A DNA stretch of 64,000 bases from Spirogloea muscicola (lineage: Eukaryota), in contig WELB01000007.1 of the NCBI GenBank assembly GCA_009602725.1, forward strand, positions 995,295-1,059,294. The letters run 5' to 3'. Positions 1-14,014 of the stretch are shown here, in pieces. The position numbers and the translations under genes are program-made. Numbering within the stretch: the stretch's first letter is position 1; each line of letters opens with the position of its first letter. The notes under the pieces are model-generated. The model was not told the origin of the DNA. It did not search any database and saw only the letters and a list, made by a program, of their open reading frames with translations.

Positions 1-3000
1 GCAGGAGGCGAAAACAGTCCCGATGAAGTGGACGAGGATGAAGCTGGGGACGCGGCCGGTCAGGAGACGGAGGAGTCTCACCGGATCCAGCCCAGGGTGG
101 AGGAGGACCTGGAGCTGAAGGAGGACATGGACCTGGATGGCAGCGAGGAGGGGGAGGATGCTGAGGAAGGCGGCGAGGAGGGCGCCGAGCAGCAGCAGGA
201 GCGCCCCGAGGACGATCAGAATGCCGAGAGAATGGCCGAGGAGGACGGCGGAAAGGAGGAGGGAGGGAAGGGAGGTGCATCTGACGAGCCGCCGCAGGAT
301 GAGACAGGGGACAAGGACGTTGAGGAGGTGGGCGAGAGGGAGAAGCAGCTGAGCGTGGAGGAGGAGCCGGAGGAGGACGCGGGTGACGTGGAGGAGGCTG
401 TGCATGCGGAGCTGGAAAGGGCCAGAGCACCGGGGCCGGCGCCCGCCGAGGACGTGAAGGTCGACAGTGCGCTGGTGCCGGCCTTCCAGCAGGCCCTGCA
501 GGACTCTCGAAAGGCCGGGGAGGCTGCCGCGGGCGTGAGCTCCGGGTCTCACAGCCAGCTGCAGGCATCGCAGGCGCAGCCAGTGCCGGTCGAGCAGCAG
601 GAGGTGGCCAAAGCTGCGCAAGGGGAGCCGGCCGCTGCCCAGGAAGAGCAGCGGCAGAGCCTCTCGAGGTCGACACGAGGGGAGGAGACGGTGCAGCCGC
701 AAGGCGAGGCGGAGGAGCGGAGGGCGGCGGGCGAGGCGGAGGAGCGGAAGCGCCTCGACGCAAATCCGAACCGCAGCCTCGGAGACATCCTGCGGCAGTG
801 GCAAGAGCAGGTGCAGCTTCTGGGCGGCGCAGAGGAGGCGAGAGAAGGGGATGCTGGAGTGGCGGAGGAGGAGGAGGAGCAGGACGGCGACTGCGACACC
901 GATTACCGGCAGTCGAAGGAGTATGAGTATGTGGGCAAGCAAGAGGTGGGTGGGGATCAGGCGCTGGGCGCAGCTACGGAGGAGCAGCTCCTCCAAGAGC
1001 GGCACCGGCGGAACGACGGCCTTGACAAGGAGATGGACGGTGCGCAGCGGCCTGCCGAAGTCCTCGCAGAGGAAGCCACGGAGGTTACAATGGAGGAGGC
1101 TGTGACTAAGCCCGAGCCACAGAAGCGCAGCGGCAGACTGCTCGGCAAGTCCACTATTGACCAGGACGATGAACTCAGAGCAGACGGTCTCTCACCTGAC
1201 GATGAAGTCGATGAGTACGACTACGATGTGGAGATGGAGGAGGAGGAGGCTGCAGATGGTAGCCGCGAGGCGCCGGCCGTGTCGAGCTTTGTGGCTGTCC
1301 GCCAGATGAGTGCTCTGGAGGAAGCTGCGCCCAGGCTGTCGGAGCAGGATGCGCAGGAGGTCCGAAGAGACGTGGAGCATGAGGTCTACCAGTGGCAGAG
1401 TGGGGGCGAGGAGCAGGGGCTGCGCATGGAGCGAGGTCGGGCAGCCTGGCAGCACCTGGAGCAGCTGACAGGCCGGCTGGCCATGGAGCTCGCCGAGCAG
1501 CTGCGGCTTATCCTCGAGCCGACGCTGGCCACGAAGCTGGCCGGGGATTACCGTACGGGCAAGCGCATCAACATGAAGAAGGTGCGAGCCACCTCTTAGT
1601 GATGCTTGTGCCCGATGTGAGTTAAAATTAGTTAAGAATAGTTAAGTAAAGCTACGATTTTTTCCCAGGTCCTTGTGTACTCCTGGAACAGACTGCAATT
1701 GCAAGACTGAGTACTTGTAGCTGCTACCCCTAAGCTCTTAGCAAAGCTTCTGCTTGGTGGGGGATGTTGTTCCGAAGCAAGTGCTTATTTTCATATGTCA
1801 TATTTTTGCTGCATTCAGGTGATTCCTTACATAGCCAGCCAGTTCCGGAAGGACAAGATATGGCTACGGAGGACCAAGCCGAACAAGCGGGACTATCAGG
1901 TCCTCTTGGCCATTGACGACTCGAGGTCCATGGCGGAGACGCGGTGCGGCCACCTGGCTCTGGAGGCCATGGCCACGATCGCCAAGGGACTGGGGCAGCT
2001 GGAGATTGCACAGCTGGCGGTGGTGAGCTTCGGGCAGACCGGCCAGGTTCGCCTGGTGCACCCCTTCGACCGGGCCTTCAGCTCCGAGGCAGGCGCTCAG
2101 GTGTGCACACCCAACCTGATCTCCAACATACTCAAGATCTTGCAGTACTTTACAGCTGTATTTCTGGTTTCTGGTGGCTCAGATGCGAGTACCTCTTTTC
2201 TTGATAGTGCAATTTGTTGTTCGTCAGGTTGTGTCACAATTCTCCTTCAGGCAAGAGAATACCATTGTGGACGAGCCGGGCATCGACCTGCTGCAGTTCC
2301 TTGGCGGGCTGCTGGAGATAGCTGCTCTGCGTGCCTCAGCCGCCAGCAGCAGGGGCACCTTGCAGCAGCTTGTGCTGATCATCGCCGATGGCCGCTTCCA
2401 CGAGAAGGTGAGGACCCAAATCGGCTGTGCCGTATGCAACAGTGCTAGCATCTAAGGTTGCAATCGCAATGACATGCAATGACATGCCGCTGCTTTCGGC
2501 CACTTTGCAGGAGAGCCTGAGAAGGAGGGTTCGCGAAGCCATGAGTCGTAGGCAGCTCTTGGCATTCATTGTCCTGGACAACCCCAATGACTCCATCCTA
2601 GACATGCAGGTAGTCCATGATGACCTGTGGTGCCATACACCTGTGTCATTGGTTTGAATCGTCTTGGATTTATCTCCAGCTCATTTGACTCAGCAACTGA
2701 AGTTCCTCTACTGACACACCATTGGGACATGCAGTCTGTGTCATTTGCGGGGGGACGGCCAACGTTCACAAAATATCTCGACACATTCCCATTTCCCTAC
2801 TACATTCTGCTCAACGACATTGAAGCCCTGCCTCGGACACTTGCAGACCTCCTGCGACAGGTCTGTAGGAGGCTCCTTGATGCCAGTCCACCTAGTGCAT
2901 AGGCGATGATTGAGTTGCCTTACCTGGATACACAGGATCGAAGCAAGTCATTGAGGTTGTGAGACTGTCTGACGTGCATGGGTGCTGATTAGATGACGTC

Positions 3001-3093
3001 TTGTTTTGATTGGCAATATATGTGAATGTTACCAACTGCCTTATCACTGCTGTTTTGCAGTACTTTGAATTGATGGAGCGTTCTGCAAGCTGA
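1..3093 (+). CDS. MDN1: Midasin (Rea1 AAA ATPase), 3' part: D/E-rich linker and C-terminal MIDAS/vWA domain; 5' end outside window
   Basis: Long acidic ORF, then ELAEQLRLILEPTLATKLAGDYRTGKRINMKK|VIPYIASQFRKDKIWLRRTKPNKRDYQVLLAIDDSRSM, QLVLIIADGRFHEK and YLDTFPFPYYILL. GT-AG exons approx <1-1581, 1819-2100, 2228-2407, 2511-2609, 2735-2860, 3061-3093 (TGA). Confidence 0.97.
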
Positions 3094-3421
3094 GCTGTTC
3101 ATCGTGCATGGCAGAAGGATCATCAGTATCTGATGCTCAATGATCCTCACAGGTCTACATTTATGATGCTCACTGATTCGCTTGCTTGAAGGCCATCATT
3201 GGACGACACATTTGTCGGGCAACCTTCTTTGGACGCCTTAGTGGGCAGATCTTGGTAATGGGAGATGAACAACTACTAATGCTTCATGAGATTGGAAGTG
3301 CTCTTCCAGAGGTTCGTGACAAAGAGAGGCCAGCTCGGGAAGAATGGGAAGAAACGGGGCAGAAGCACCAGCAGGGAGATGCTTTTGAGAGGTAAGCATC
3401 ATGTAATCGTACTGAAAGAGG

Positions 3422-6400
3422 CTACAAGTATTCCATTCTAATGCCCATCACATCAAGCTGCAGTATGTCTGCCTCGCATCCAAGCAGTGAGCCCAAGCTG
3501 TTACAATCAAAATAGAGCTTGTTATTAGCATGTATATAGCATGTATACGACCTGTATCTATCTCAGTCTTTGTTTTGGACTATGCTGAACAGATAGCAAG
3601 CCGCGGAGCCCCTGGGCCTGAGCTCAACCTCACAGCCAAGGGCAGCGAAGATGACAGAGAAGAGCTCTGTGATAAGCAAGCGAGCAGCAACAATATGTGA
3701 TGTCTCGTCAAAGGAGGCTTGCAGAGCAGGTTTACTTAGGTTGGGTGCGACCAAGATCGCCATGGACAAATTCTTTGACATAAGTGCCCGCCTGTTGCTC
3801 ATGGACATAGACAGAGGACGTTTTTGAGGCATATCAATTTTGAAAGGGAAACGATTATTCCAAAAAGTTCATTCCTCCTAGAAAGCAGTTCAGCATGCGC
3901 TATCAAGCTAGGCTGCAACCTACATGGCATCCGTAGCATCCTTGAATTTAGCTGCTTCTGAATGATTGGGTCTGCTAATCCTCGAGCAGAGAAAAACAAT
4001 GAAAATTACACTACAAAGCACAACTGCAGTGCAGTGCCACTGGCATGCATGCTCACCTGAGTGCACAGGTAAAGGACGATGTAATTTGAGGACCCCTGCA
4101 CAAGCTGGCAGCGCATGCTGCGCAGGGCAACCAATCACAATCAACTTGTTATAGTAGCTCCAGATTGTCCAGAGCCCATCATGCATGAAGCTCAACGGCC
4201 ACAAGAAGAGGCAGAGTGGGCTTAAGGCGAAGCCTGATGTCTATACAAACCAGTTCCATGAGATATAGATATAGATTGGGTTACTGAAGCAGGACAGGGC
4301 CTTCAGATGAAGCGACTACGCTCTGATATTCTACGAAATATGCCAAAAAGGATGAGTAGGAACTTGGAGCGAAGGTCATCTGCAGAAGAAATCTGAAGAA
4401 TCCTTCTGGTAAGGAAGCACTCCCACTCTGCTAGGAACATACTCGTGTATGGTGCGCAGCCTGACCAAGGGGCTCCTCCTGTGCAGCACCCGAATGGGAG
4501 TTCGCTGCTCTATAACCTGAAAAGAAGCGATGCATGTGCGTCTCATGATCATGACGCATTGAGTGTGCATCAGTGACAACCATTGAATGTGAGGTGCCAC
4601 ATGCAGTTCAATGGTGCTGGCCAGTCAGGACAGCAACAACATGCTCAACACCCTTGGCCAACAAGCTCTGCACAAATCTCTACCTCTACAAGGAACAGAA
4701 CACTTCTGCAAGTCACACAGCCTGGCAGTGGCTTACCACAGTCCAGACAAGAAAAGGGTGCACGACATGGGAAAGTTGCATGTGCACGACATGGGAAAGT
4801 TGCATGCTCACAATGTTTTTCAAGGCTTCCAATCTAACTACGTCCGCTGGATTGGCCGGTCTTGAGAGCCACACCACAGCTCGATACTCCTTCTGCACCC
4901 TCTTGCACGGCCTTGAGCATTCAGGGTCCATGGTCACAAAGTCGTGTGATGATGTGAAAAAATGACCACGACCTTATACTGAGAATCTTACTGTAATTTA
5001 TAACCGACTCGCAAGTGAATCAATCTGCTTGGTCCATCTACAAAGGTGTGACAAAGACCAAGACCTTCCTTTTCAGAAAAGAATTAAGAGGACACCACCA
5101 TGAAGTGAAAGATGCGAGTAAAATCTCAAACAACGGCTGCTTGGACAGCCAGCCAAGATAATTCAAGGAAAGCTACACGTGGCATGTCGAGGAAGAGGCC
5201 GCACGGCGCACCTGCTTGCTGAGCTCCCCATCTCGCATAAGTCCAAGAGCCTCAGGACCCACCATCTGCAGTCTCCGGACTTTTACCTGCAGCAACCCAA
5301 TTGTTGAGTAGGTCAGAGTCTGTGCTATGCTGATGGCGCAAGGCATTGTGAGACCATCAGGTTTCCTCACCCATCCTTCCTTGCTGCCATTGATTGCAGC
5401 CTCCATCCCCTCAATCCTGGTCTGACAGGGCAAGTCTCTGGCATTGAGAACCTCCACAAGGAACGGTCGCCCGTTGCCAAGCATCAGCACCTGGAGAAAA
5501 TGCGCGATAATTGCTAAACAATCCCACGCAGATCATTGACAATTTTCAAATGACTCCGCTCTTCTAGTCCTGTAGCCCAGCAACTCCATGTGAATTGTAT
5601 GACAGACAAGCTAGACGCGTTTCACTTGCAAATGTTGCAGAGGCTTGCAACCAACGACCAAAGGACACTACTGTCACAGCAGGCTGATTGGCACAAGGCC
5701 TTACGTCCATATCTTCCCGCCCAGCGGCGTGGAATTTGTAGTTGTCAGCACGGAAATGTGGCACAATTCTGTCTGCAATGAGTTCCTGCAAGGACAGGAT
5801 AACACTCAGAGTTGCCCCAGCTGGCTAGATTGGGCCACACTGAGGCTCTTAAAGGGAAGTAGAACACTGTCGCATCCCCTTCCTCTCAAATGCAGAATCA
5901 GATGAACTGCAAATATCATGGCAGAGTGCGCTTATGTGCTGGCTCCTTCCTATCACCAATTTTCAGATGTGCAACAAAAAGGAGGATAAGAATCACAGCT
6001 GACGTTTTCCATGAAGCTTCAGGAAGGCGCAATTCATGCCATCAAAGCAAGGCGTCAGTATCAACCTGGACAGAACCATCGCCCATGCGCTCCTCGTCAA
6101 TCAGCCACCTGCTCTGTGGAATGTTCCTTGAAAACTGGGCACCGCCGCCATGCAAATGTCTGCGTAATTTGCTTTAGCCTCTAGCACATGCGCAAGGGGG
6201 ACTTATCATCTTGCATGCGTGGCTCAGACGCAGACGTCCAGGAGCTTTCTGACATCAGTGATGCATCACGGGAGCTGTGCTATGAGAATAGTAAGTCGTA
6301 GCAAGGAACTGACTATATCATAGGGTCGAGTGTCTTATGTTGCAAACATCCTTCTGCCTCTCACAGCAATTCTTTCTGGATGCTATCCAACTGAATGTGT

Positions 6401-8465
6401 AGCCTACCTTCAGGTACCAACCGCCGATAAAGACAGGGTTGCGCCAGCAGAAAACTGCCAGCTCGCAGCAAGTCTCCAGCTGTTTGCTGCCTTGCAGCAG
6501 CGTTAGGCGGGTCACTAATCTGGAGGACCACAAATCGAGCTACGCTTGGGAATGTCCTCAATCATCTGCTTGAGAGGCAGCCCCGGTGGCAGACTCAGCC
6601 ACACTCACAATGTTCAGAGACCAATCAGACTCCCAGCAGTTCCTACTTGACAATGCGACAGGCTTTGTCTGGGAAAAGGCTAGGAGACAGCAGCCTTGCC
6701 TGCCGTGGAGGGCTGGCATAGTGCTGCACAAAGGCCTCGGTGTCCATCCCCGCAAGCAGCTGGAGGGCGCAACTCCATGCATCGCTTTGGTCGCGGATGT
6801 GCGCCGTGGCCCTGGCAGCCGCCTCCGGAGGGCCGCAATCTGCGGCCTCCCGCGGCATCCTGTTGCTGCCCCATTTCAAGCCTGATCATCCAGACGCCAG
6901 GGTTGCCTGGTTAGTGTGTGCACCTGCGAGTGCACCTGCTGGACTGCAAATTACATCAAGCAGGTCGCAACATGCTGCTATTGGCCAGACGTTGATGGGG
7001 AGCACGGGACTGAGCAGACAGAGGAGCAAGGTTCTCAACCTTGCCTGCGGCGTTTCGCCGCGCCAGGAGCGCTGGACAGGAAGGGCTCCACGCCCTTAAG
7101 CTCTTCGCTTGTGCTCATGTGCGAGAAGAGCAGCGCGATCCTGAAGTTGGCTTCTGACGAAAATGGAGCGTGCTGCACGGAAGTATGGCAAATGCCAGTC
7201 TCCTTTTGGTTGTTGAATGCACATTCTGACCTCTGACCGTCAACCCCGCAACTACACATGTTTCCTTCTGGCATCCTTTGGCACGTAGCTAAAGCTCATA
7301 GCTGGCCCAAAGGCTCACAGCAATGCTTCAGACTGCTTAACTTCAGATATTGCAGCCACCTAATCACCATACAAGTCAATTTAGAGGTCACATTCTATAG
7401 CTGACAAGTTGTTAGTAGCAGCGCGACCATGAGGAGTGCGAGTACCAGCGCCAGCGACAGGTGGGCAATAAAGGTCCACTTGAAAGCCTCTTTCAGAGAC
7501 ACCGATACTTCCTCCCGCAGCAGCCCTGCATTGCTCTCAGCGAGAAATTGCTGCCGGAGGTGGCACCTGCAAAAAGCAGGTAAGGCCACAATTGCGAGCT
7601 TGAGAAGCTGACCCCAACGATGATGGCAGATCACAGGAGCCCAGGCGATCGGTAGTGGGTGGACGGCTCAACAGCGGCCGGCTCACCAAAAGGAGCGCTC
7701 GCGGAGGGCGAGCAGGCCGGGCAGGGTGACCTCCAAGCAGAAGCCATCGATGGAGACGTGGCCCTCATTGTGCACCGCCTCGGCGACACAGTCGACCAGA
7801 GGCAGCGGCCGCATCCCCATGGTGCATCCTGGCATGCCGTAAAGCTCAACAGAAGACTCGTCACCTTCATCCCCGGCGGCAGTGCCTTCCTTGAGCTGTG
7901 CTTTTTTCAAGGAGCCGCTAAATCCGCCTTTGGCAACGTCGGCGGAGGCTGTGGCGTCGTTGTTGATGCCCTGGAGGACGCCCAGGCAGAGCAGGCACGG
8001 CCTGCTAGCGCTGGCCAAGGTGCCGCCCGCAGGCACGCCGGGCGCCGCGGCGCCTCTCTCGGAGGCGGCCGCCACGAGGCCCGCGAGGAGAGACCGTGGC
8101 GGTGGCAGGGGTGCCGCATAGTCCAGGCTCCGCACGCCGGCAGTCCGCAGCACGCAGCAGGCGCACACCTGTCGGGCCCGCGCCGAGTTTTGCAGAGCGA
8201 CAAAAAAGGCGATGACGCCATCAGAGGGGTCAGGTAACTGGGTTTCGTCAGGCGGACGACACAAAGCCTGGCACGTCCGAAGCAGCTGCGGCGGATGCGG
8301 CAGCGGCGGCGGCACAGCTCGTGGGCGCTTGTTGTGTCGGCAAGCTGCGCGTACCCCGAGCTGCCCAAAGGAGTATGCTGCGACTGCGAGGCCGGCGGCG
8401 CCGGCGGCGGCGGCAATGGCGCTCACGACCGCGGTCACCACCTCGCCCTCTTCAGCGGCGGCCAT
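3422..8465 (-). CDS. PUS10: tRNA pseudouridine synthase Pus10, multi-exon
   Basis: Spliced motifs: N-terminal CxxC pairs (CACC, CLLC), PVFIGGWYLK, YKFHAAGREDMDV (catalytic Asp), MLGNGRPFLVE, IEQRTPIRVLHRRSPLVRLRTIH, QAGTYVKEFVHGDLGRTQP. Last exon SLGSLLGCEADILQLDVMGIRMEYL* with stop at 3422-3424. Confidence 0.95.
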
Positions 8466-8519
8466 CGAAGCCCCGCCGCAGCCTGTGCACCGGCGTTCCG
8501 AGACTCGATGGTCTGGTCA

Positions 8520-8551
8520 AGGGTTTAGGATTTAGGATCTAGGGGCTTAGG
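8520..8551 (-). promoter_or_regulatory. Degenerate telomere-like (telo-box-like) repeats about 55 bp upstream of the PUS10 ATG
   Basis: + strand agggtttaggatttaggatctaggggcttagg; on the gene strand this includes CCTAAACCCT, a plant telomere-type repeat close to the telo-box AAACCCTA. Confidence 0.5.
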
Positions 8552-8860
8552 CGTTCGCTTCAGGGGATTCACGTTCAGGGTTTTGGTGTAGGTTTTGGGG
8601 GATCGCTTCCGCCGCCATCGCCACCCCTCTGGCAGAGCGTTTTTCTGCCACCACCGTCACCGCCACTCTGCTGGGGCGGCAGCGGCTGCACCATGTGGGC
8701 GGGAGATCAAGGCCCCAGATCCGAGGGCTTCAGCTCAGCGTCTTGCTTCGCGCACACATGCTCGGGAGTGAGACTGAGCATGGCACATGTCTACGGACCA
8801 GGCAACCGTGTTGTCAGTCCCTGCTTGTACTTTGGCTTCTCCTAGGTTCACCACGGTGGA

Positions 8861-8926
8861 AGCAAGCGCGGCCAGATTGACTGGTGGCTGGGAGAGTCCA
8901 GCCCAAAAGAAGGGACAAGGTCTGAG
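8861..8926 (-). mobile_element. 3'-terminal fragment of CRE-like retrotransposon, lineage A
   Basis: Reverse complement cagaccttgtcc...gggctggactctcccagccaccagtcaatctggccgcgcttgct is near-identical to 19940-20005 and 39685-39747. Confidence 0.8.
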
Positions 8927-9233
8927 ACCATCCGTCGTGGTACTTGCGTGTGTCTGTGTCTTAGCGCAGCGGGAGCGCAGCTTGCGTTGGCGAGCTGACG
9001 GGAGGACATTCGAGCCCCAAGCCGCCGTTGACTTCCCGGAAGCCTCTGAGAAGCTGCGGCGACCGGCCGCGTGACGCGAGCTGGTAGCTTCCCGGCCACT
9101 CAGCGGCCGCGCGGCCCCGTCCTAACGACCGGCACCTCCCCCCCGCCGCCACCCTGGCTGGCTTCTAAAGCCGCTCTCGTTATGTAGCAGCCGCCGGCTC
9201 CTCGTTCCCCACTCGGCGAAGCTGCAGCTCGCC

Positions 9234-9313
9234 ATGGCCGCCGCCGCCGCCGCCGCCGCCGCTGCGCCCGCCGCCGCNCCTCGTCCAATCAGCATCACAG
9301 CCACAACCGACTT

Positions 9314-9345
<32 letters not shown>

Positions 9346-9520
9346 GTGCTTGCCCGCAGCTGGAGGAGGGCGTGGCTGTGCCGGCGGCGGGCAGGGGCCA
9401 GCTGCTGCTCGCGGTGGTGGCCGCGTCCGTGAACCCCTTGGACTGGAAGGTCCAGTCCGGCATGTTCTGGCCCCTCCTGCCCGCCAAGCTCCCCCACGTC
9501 CCCGGTGCGCCCGCCTGGCC

Positions 9521-9552
<32 letters not shown>

Positions 9553-10916
9553 TCTCGTGGTCGCCGCAGCTGCGGGCCACTCCGGCTGCCATTGCAGCGC
9601 AGGCTCTCCTTGACGTCCGTGGCGCGGTCTTGCAGGCGGCGACGTTGCTGGCAAGGTCGTGGCCGTCGGCCCTGGCGTCGTGGACTTCGCCGTCGGCGAT
9701 CTTGTCGTCGCGTGGCTCAGCCCTCTGGTGAGCCATGCTGCTCAGCGCGAGCACGCCGCCAAAGTTGGTCGGCGGCCTGCACGCTGCCCAAGTCGTCCAT
9801 TCCTCGACCGAAGGAGCGAACGCGGCCCCTTTGTTGTGTAGTATGGAGGCTCGCTAGCTGAGTACGCGGCCGTGGACGCCAAGGTGGCGGTCAGACTGCC
9901 AGAGGCGGTGCCTGCGACAGATGCCTGCTGCTTCCCGGTGGCGGCATCGACGGCCGTGCAGTCGCTCCGGGACAAGGGCGGCATCGCTAACTTCGGCGGC
10001 GGTTACACGGGCAACGTGCTCGTGGAGGCCGCATCTGGCGGCGTTGGGCATTACGCGATTCAGGTCATGCCACTGCCTCAGCTGGGCTCCCACTCGGCGG
10101 GAATGCCACGTCCGGCCTTGGTCATGGCAGCTGACGCTCTCCATCTTGCAGCAAATACAAGCTGCAAGGTTGGGCCAGGCTTGGGTTGAAGAGTGCAGGT
10201 GCCACAGCACTGACACCGAAGTCTATGGACGCGCCTGCTGTGGGCCCCAGCTGGCAAAGCTGGCGGGCGCCCACGTGACAGCCACAGTGGGTGCTCGGAA
10301 CTTCGACTACGTCAAGGGCTTGGGCGCTGACGAAGTGATCGACTACAAGAGCGAGGAAGGGCGTGCGCTCAAGAGCCCCAGTGGCAAGCTGTACGACATT
10401 GTGCTCGACGGCACTGGCCACGGGGAGCCCTGGAGCAAAGTCCGCCGTGTCCTCGCGCCGGGGGTGCAAAAGCCCCTCGCCTCTTAGCAGCCGCTGGCAG
10501 AGGCCTGCATGCACTTTGTCTTCCGATGACGTCTTGCCTGCTTGCTTTGCAGTTGTTGTTGCAACTATTGCAGGTGACTACGCCCTGCACAGTCATTGCC
10601 TCTCCGCCAAAGTCCAGTGTGTGGCAACCTGATGCCTTGCATGCACATGTTGTGGCAGGGCCGCCATGTGGTGCTTGTCCCCTCGGGTTGGGTGTTCCTG
10701 AATCTGGTGGGACAGACGCTCGCCTTTGCGAGTAAAAGGCAGCTGCCTTGCCTCGCATCAGTAAATAAGAAGGACCTGGCACTCGTTGTGGAGCTGGCAG
10801 CAGCTGGCAAGCTGAGGACCACCATCAACGCCAGCTTGCCATTTGACAAGGCCCCCGAGGCCTGGGCGAAGAGCATCGACGGCCACGTCACAGGCAAGGT
10901 CATCGTCACAATGTGA
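9234..10916 (+). CDS. ceQORH-like MDR-family NADPH oxidoreductase, copy 1; part of the first exon probably lost at the N join (9278)
   Basis: AASVNPLDWKVQSGMFWPLLPAKLPHVPG, GGDVAGKVVAVGPGV, GGSLAEY, NVLVEAASGGVGHYAIQLAKLAGA, LGADEVIDYK, YDIVLD, EAWAKSIDGHVTGKVIV*. Exons approx 9360-9503, 9635-9727, 9842-10063, 10251-10463, 10658-10916. Confidence 0.9.
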
Positions 10917-11551
10917 TGGTCTACTGTCCCCTTGAGACTGACAGAAGTACCCAGTCCAAACTTCTGAAAACAGGAGCATAGCGTGGCAATTACTAAGTTC
11001 CCGACCCAACAGAATCACTGTAAGTCGAAAGGCGAGAATTACTCCTGCAAGACATGTACATATAGGACTACAAGGCAGATCAGTATGCCTGATATAGCAG
11101 GGCACATTAAGCCCTGGATGACAAGAAGACAGAACATAGGTTGGCTCTTTTTTGGCGACTCTCCTACTCCTTGCAGCAGCTCACAGCAACTGTGCATGCT
11201 AGAATTGTTCTTGCATGTGAAGCATATTCATTGACTCTAAGAATTTGTCAAACGTGTGAGTAATGGTTGTTGCGTGCTTGTTAGCCATCGTCTGCCTCAC
11301 CTCAACAACAATCACCTAAGGGCTCGGGGTGCCCTTGGTCTCCTTACTTCTTCATCGCACATGAGCGGCACGAGCTACGATTCTTCACCACCGTTCACCA
11401 TAATTCTGACTGCTAGCGTAAGCAAAGTACTTCCTACTTGAACTCTGAGAAACAGCTACTCTTGACAAAGACTACTGTGCAGTCGCCTATGTGCATTTTC
11501 AGCAAATGGTACGACTTCACGGAAGCATCCTCGAGCTGCCATATTGCGATG

Positions 11552-14014
11552 TCAGCCAATGCTAACAATAACCTTGCCAGCAGGATGGCCGGCCCTGAGA
11601 CGCATCCACGAAATGGGGGCCCTCTCAAACGCGTGGCTGGTGTCGAGCATTGACCGCAGTCGACCCGACTTGGCCCAATCCAGCAGTTGCGACAGGTCCT
11701 CGTGGTTTGGTTTGCAGACAAAGTACACCTGCCCCTTCTTTGCGAGGTGCAGCGCCTGCTTGGCTTTTTGCAGGACGATCGACTTGCTTGATGAAAGGCA
11801 TATAAAGCGGCCCTGCCAGGGTGCACAAGCATGTACCCTCTCTGGTGATAAGCTTCACCGAGCTGAAATCTTTACCAAAGAACATTGACTTGACAAATCT
11901 GGGTACACAGATCATTGCATGGCATGTTCTGCTTCGCAAGTATTCGGACTGTCATGGCCACAGTGTCAGGTGATGGACACTATCTGTTAGCAGTGGATGC
12001 ACGATTATAGCAGACATACAAGCACCCTGTCTAGAATGAGGTCATGCAATCTGCATGGGCTTGATGCATTGCCCTCACCTCGTCGTTCAGGAGAAAGCGG
12101 ACCTTGCTGAATGAGATGCCAGATGTGGAGCAGTCCAAAACGATATCATAAAGCCCTCACGTATTTGGGGAAATTCTAGCGACTCTGTGTTCTGGTACTC
12201 AATGACGTCATTTGCCCCAAGCTGCCTAACAGAACCTGCCTTAGCAGAGTTGGTGACTGCTGTGACCTGCGCACCACCTAGCTTCGCAATCTGCGTGTGA
12301 GGCCAAGTCGAGTAGGCCTGCATGTCAGATAACACGTGCCAGTGGACCTACTTGAAGCATGCTGCTCTGAAAGTATGGTCGCTTTGCTATCTAGCAATGC
12401 CGAGTGAACTTGTGTACAGGGCTGTGGATTGAAATCCTGGCTTGTTGCACCTAGGCTTTCTCAAATGCAATAATATTTGCGTCTCACCTGAACTGCATAA
12501 TGGCCAACACCTCCCGCTGCCCCCAGAATCATTACTTTGCGGATTTCACTGAAGCTCCCATCGAACCTGAGACCACCCTTATCTCGGAGTGCCTGTAGGG
12601 CTGCGCAGCCCGCGCTCACTAAGCAAGACGCATCGTCCATGGCTACTTCAGGAGGTATTCTGGCTGAGTGCTTCTCGTCAAGCACTGCATACTCCGCAAG
12701 TCCTCCTCCCCTCTGCACGGGAATACTACACAGTCAGCAACAAGCGCTGGTACAAGTCTCTGAAACTTATTAATTCCAGAAGTCTGCCGATGTGACATGG
12801 CTATGACCCCAGCCAGCGGCCAAGCTTGGTGCACTTCTCATACACATGCTATTCATGCCATGCAAACCTGAAGCGTAGTCCAGCCCATGACAGGATCTGT
12901 CACTGCAGACTCGTGCACACCAGTCTGCACAAATTCCGTTATCCCTGCTACGTCGGTGCCTGTTAAACACACGGAACAATTACCTTGTGACGAGCTAACA
13001 TCTGCCGCAGTCAGGTACGAATACTTGATTGTACACCTGCTAAAGACAACCAAGACTCATTCTCAAATTGAACAGAGCTACTCTTGATGATACAACAGGG
13101 CCCATGTGCATGGGCATCTATTCCTTTTGTGCCCCATGGTCATTTTTGAGTGCATGCATGAATTCATGCTTTTTATCCCAAGACGCCTACGTCCAGGTGA
13201 CAACTGGGATGACTAGTCATGTTGATGAACAAATGGCTTGGGGCATTCGGGTGCATTGCACTTTACATGGGATATATGGTAAGTTTGGCGGCAGGAATGG
13301 CCTCATCTGGCCCTCTTGAATTTTCCAGTCGATAGCATTGAGGCCGACTGCCCTGGTCTTTACCAGGAGCTGCCCGCGCTTCACTTTTGGTAGTGGAAAG
13401 TGGTTGAACTTTCTTGATCGTTCTTGGCCAAGATGGAGATGACGTATGGTCAGCTGGGGCATGCTAAACTCACAGCCAAGGAACAACTACTTGCAGAATG
13501 TGACCAAGAAGCGTTCGACTTCTGAAGACCTTGACTGACTGCACGTTGTGGAGGTGCTACAAGCCTGAGTCTATCAAGCCTTGACAGAACCTCATCCGTG
13601 ACGGCCTGTATCTGCCTGTACAGACTGGCTACTGAAGACGTAGTCAGCTGGTCAAGACAAACGATCTGAGACATTCTGGCCTCTAGACATGTCAAACGCG
13701 ACAGTGCATGTACATGTCTTTTCACAGCTCAGGCACAGAGTCTTAATCGGAGAATATCGTCTGTTGCATGCTCTTGTCGACTCACTAGGGTCAACCACCC
13801 AGAACATGTGCTCGACTTCCAGTTCGTTATCACAGACGAGACTATGTGAGCGTCCTCGCATGGTGCTTATCGGACAGAGGAAGACAGGAGGAAAGCGCTG
13901 TACCTCGAGGGCTTCTGCACCACCTTTGTAAGTTCTGTAAGTCCAGGCCTTCATGTGCCGCGGCAGACGCGTCGGGCTGTCGGCCATTTGTTGCTCTGGT
14001 GCCGTTGCCGCCAT
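11552..14014 (-). pseudogene. ceQORH-like oxidoreductase, copy 2, with an apparent 1-nt frameshift (pseudogene or sequencing error)
   Basis: MKAWTYRTYKGGAEALE, AVGLNAIDWKIQEG..PYIP, GTDVAG, GGGLAEY, GAAGGVGHYAVQ, LGANDVIEY. The conserved LYDIVLDCS block is in a different frame from the upstream part of the same exon near 12150-12180. Ends GHPAGKVIVSIG* at 11552. The frame stays open upstream to 14554, so the start is uncertain. Confidence 0.8.

Noticed and set aside
2610..2734. Box C/D snoRNA candidate in a midasin intron (ATGATGA ... CTGA)
   Set aside because: The CTGA falls in the likely branch point (ctgac); there is no terminal stem or recognisable guide.
4758..4805. 24-bp tandem duplication in a PUS10 intron
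   Set aside because: Simple local slippage with no other copy or structure.
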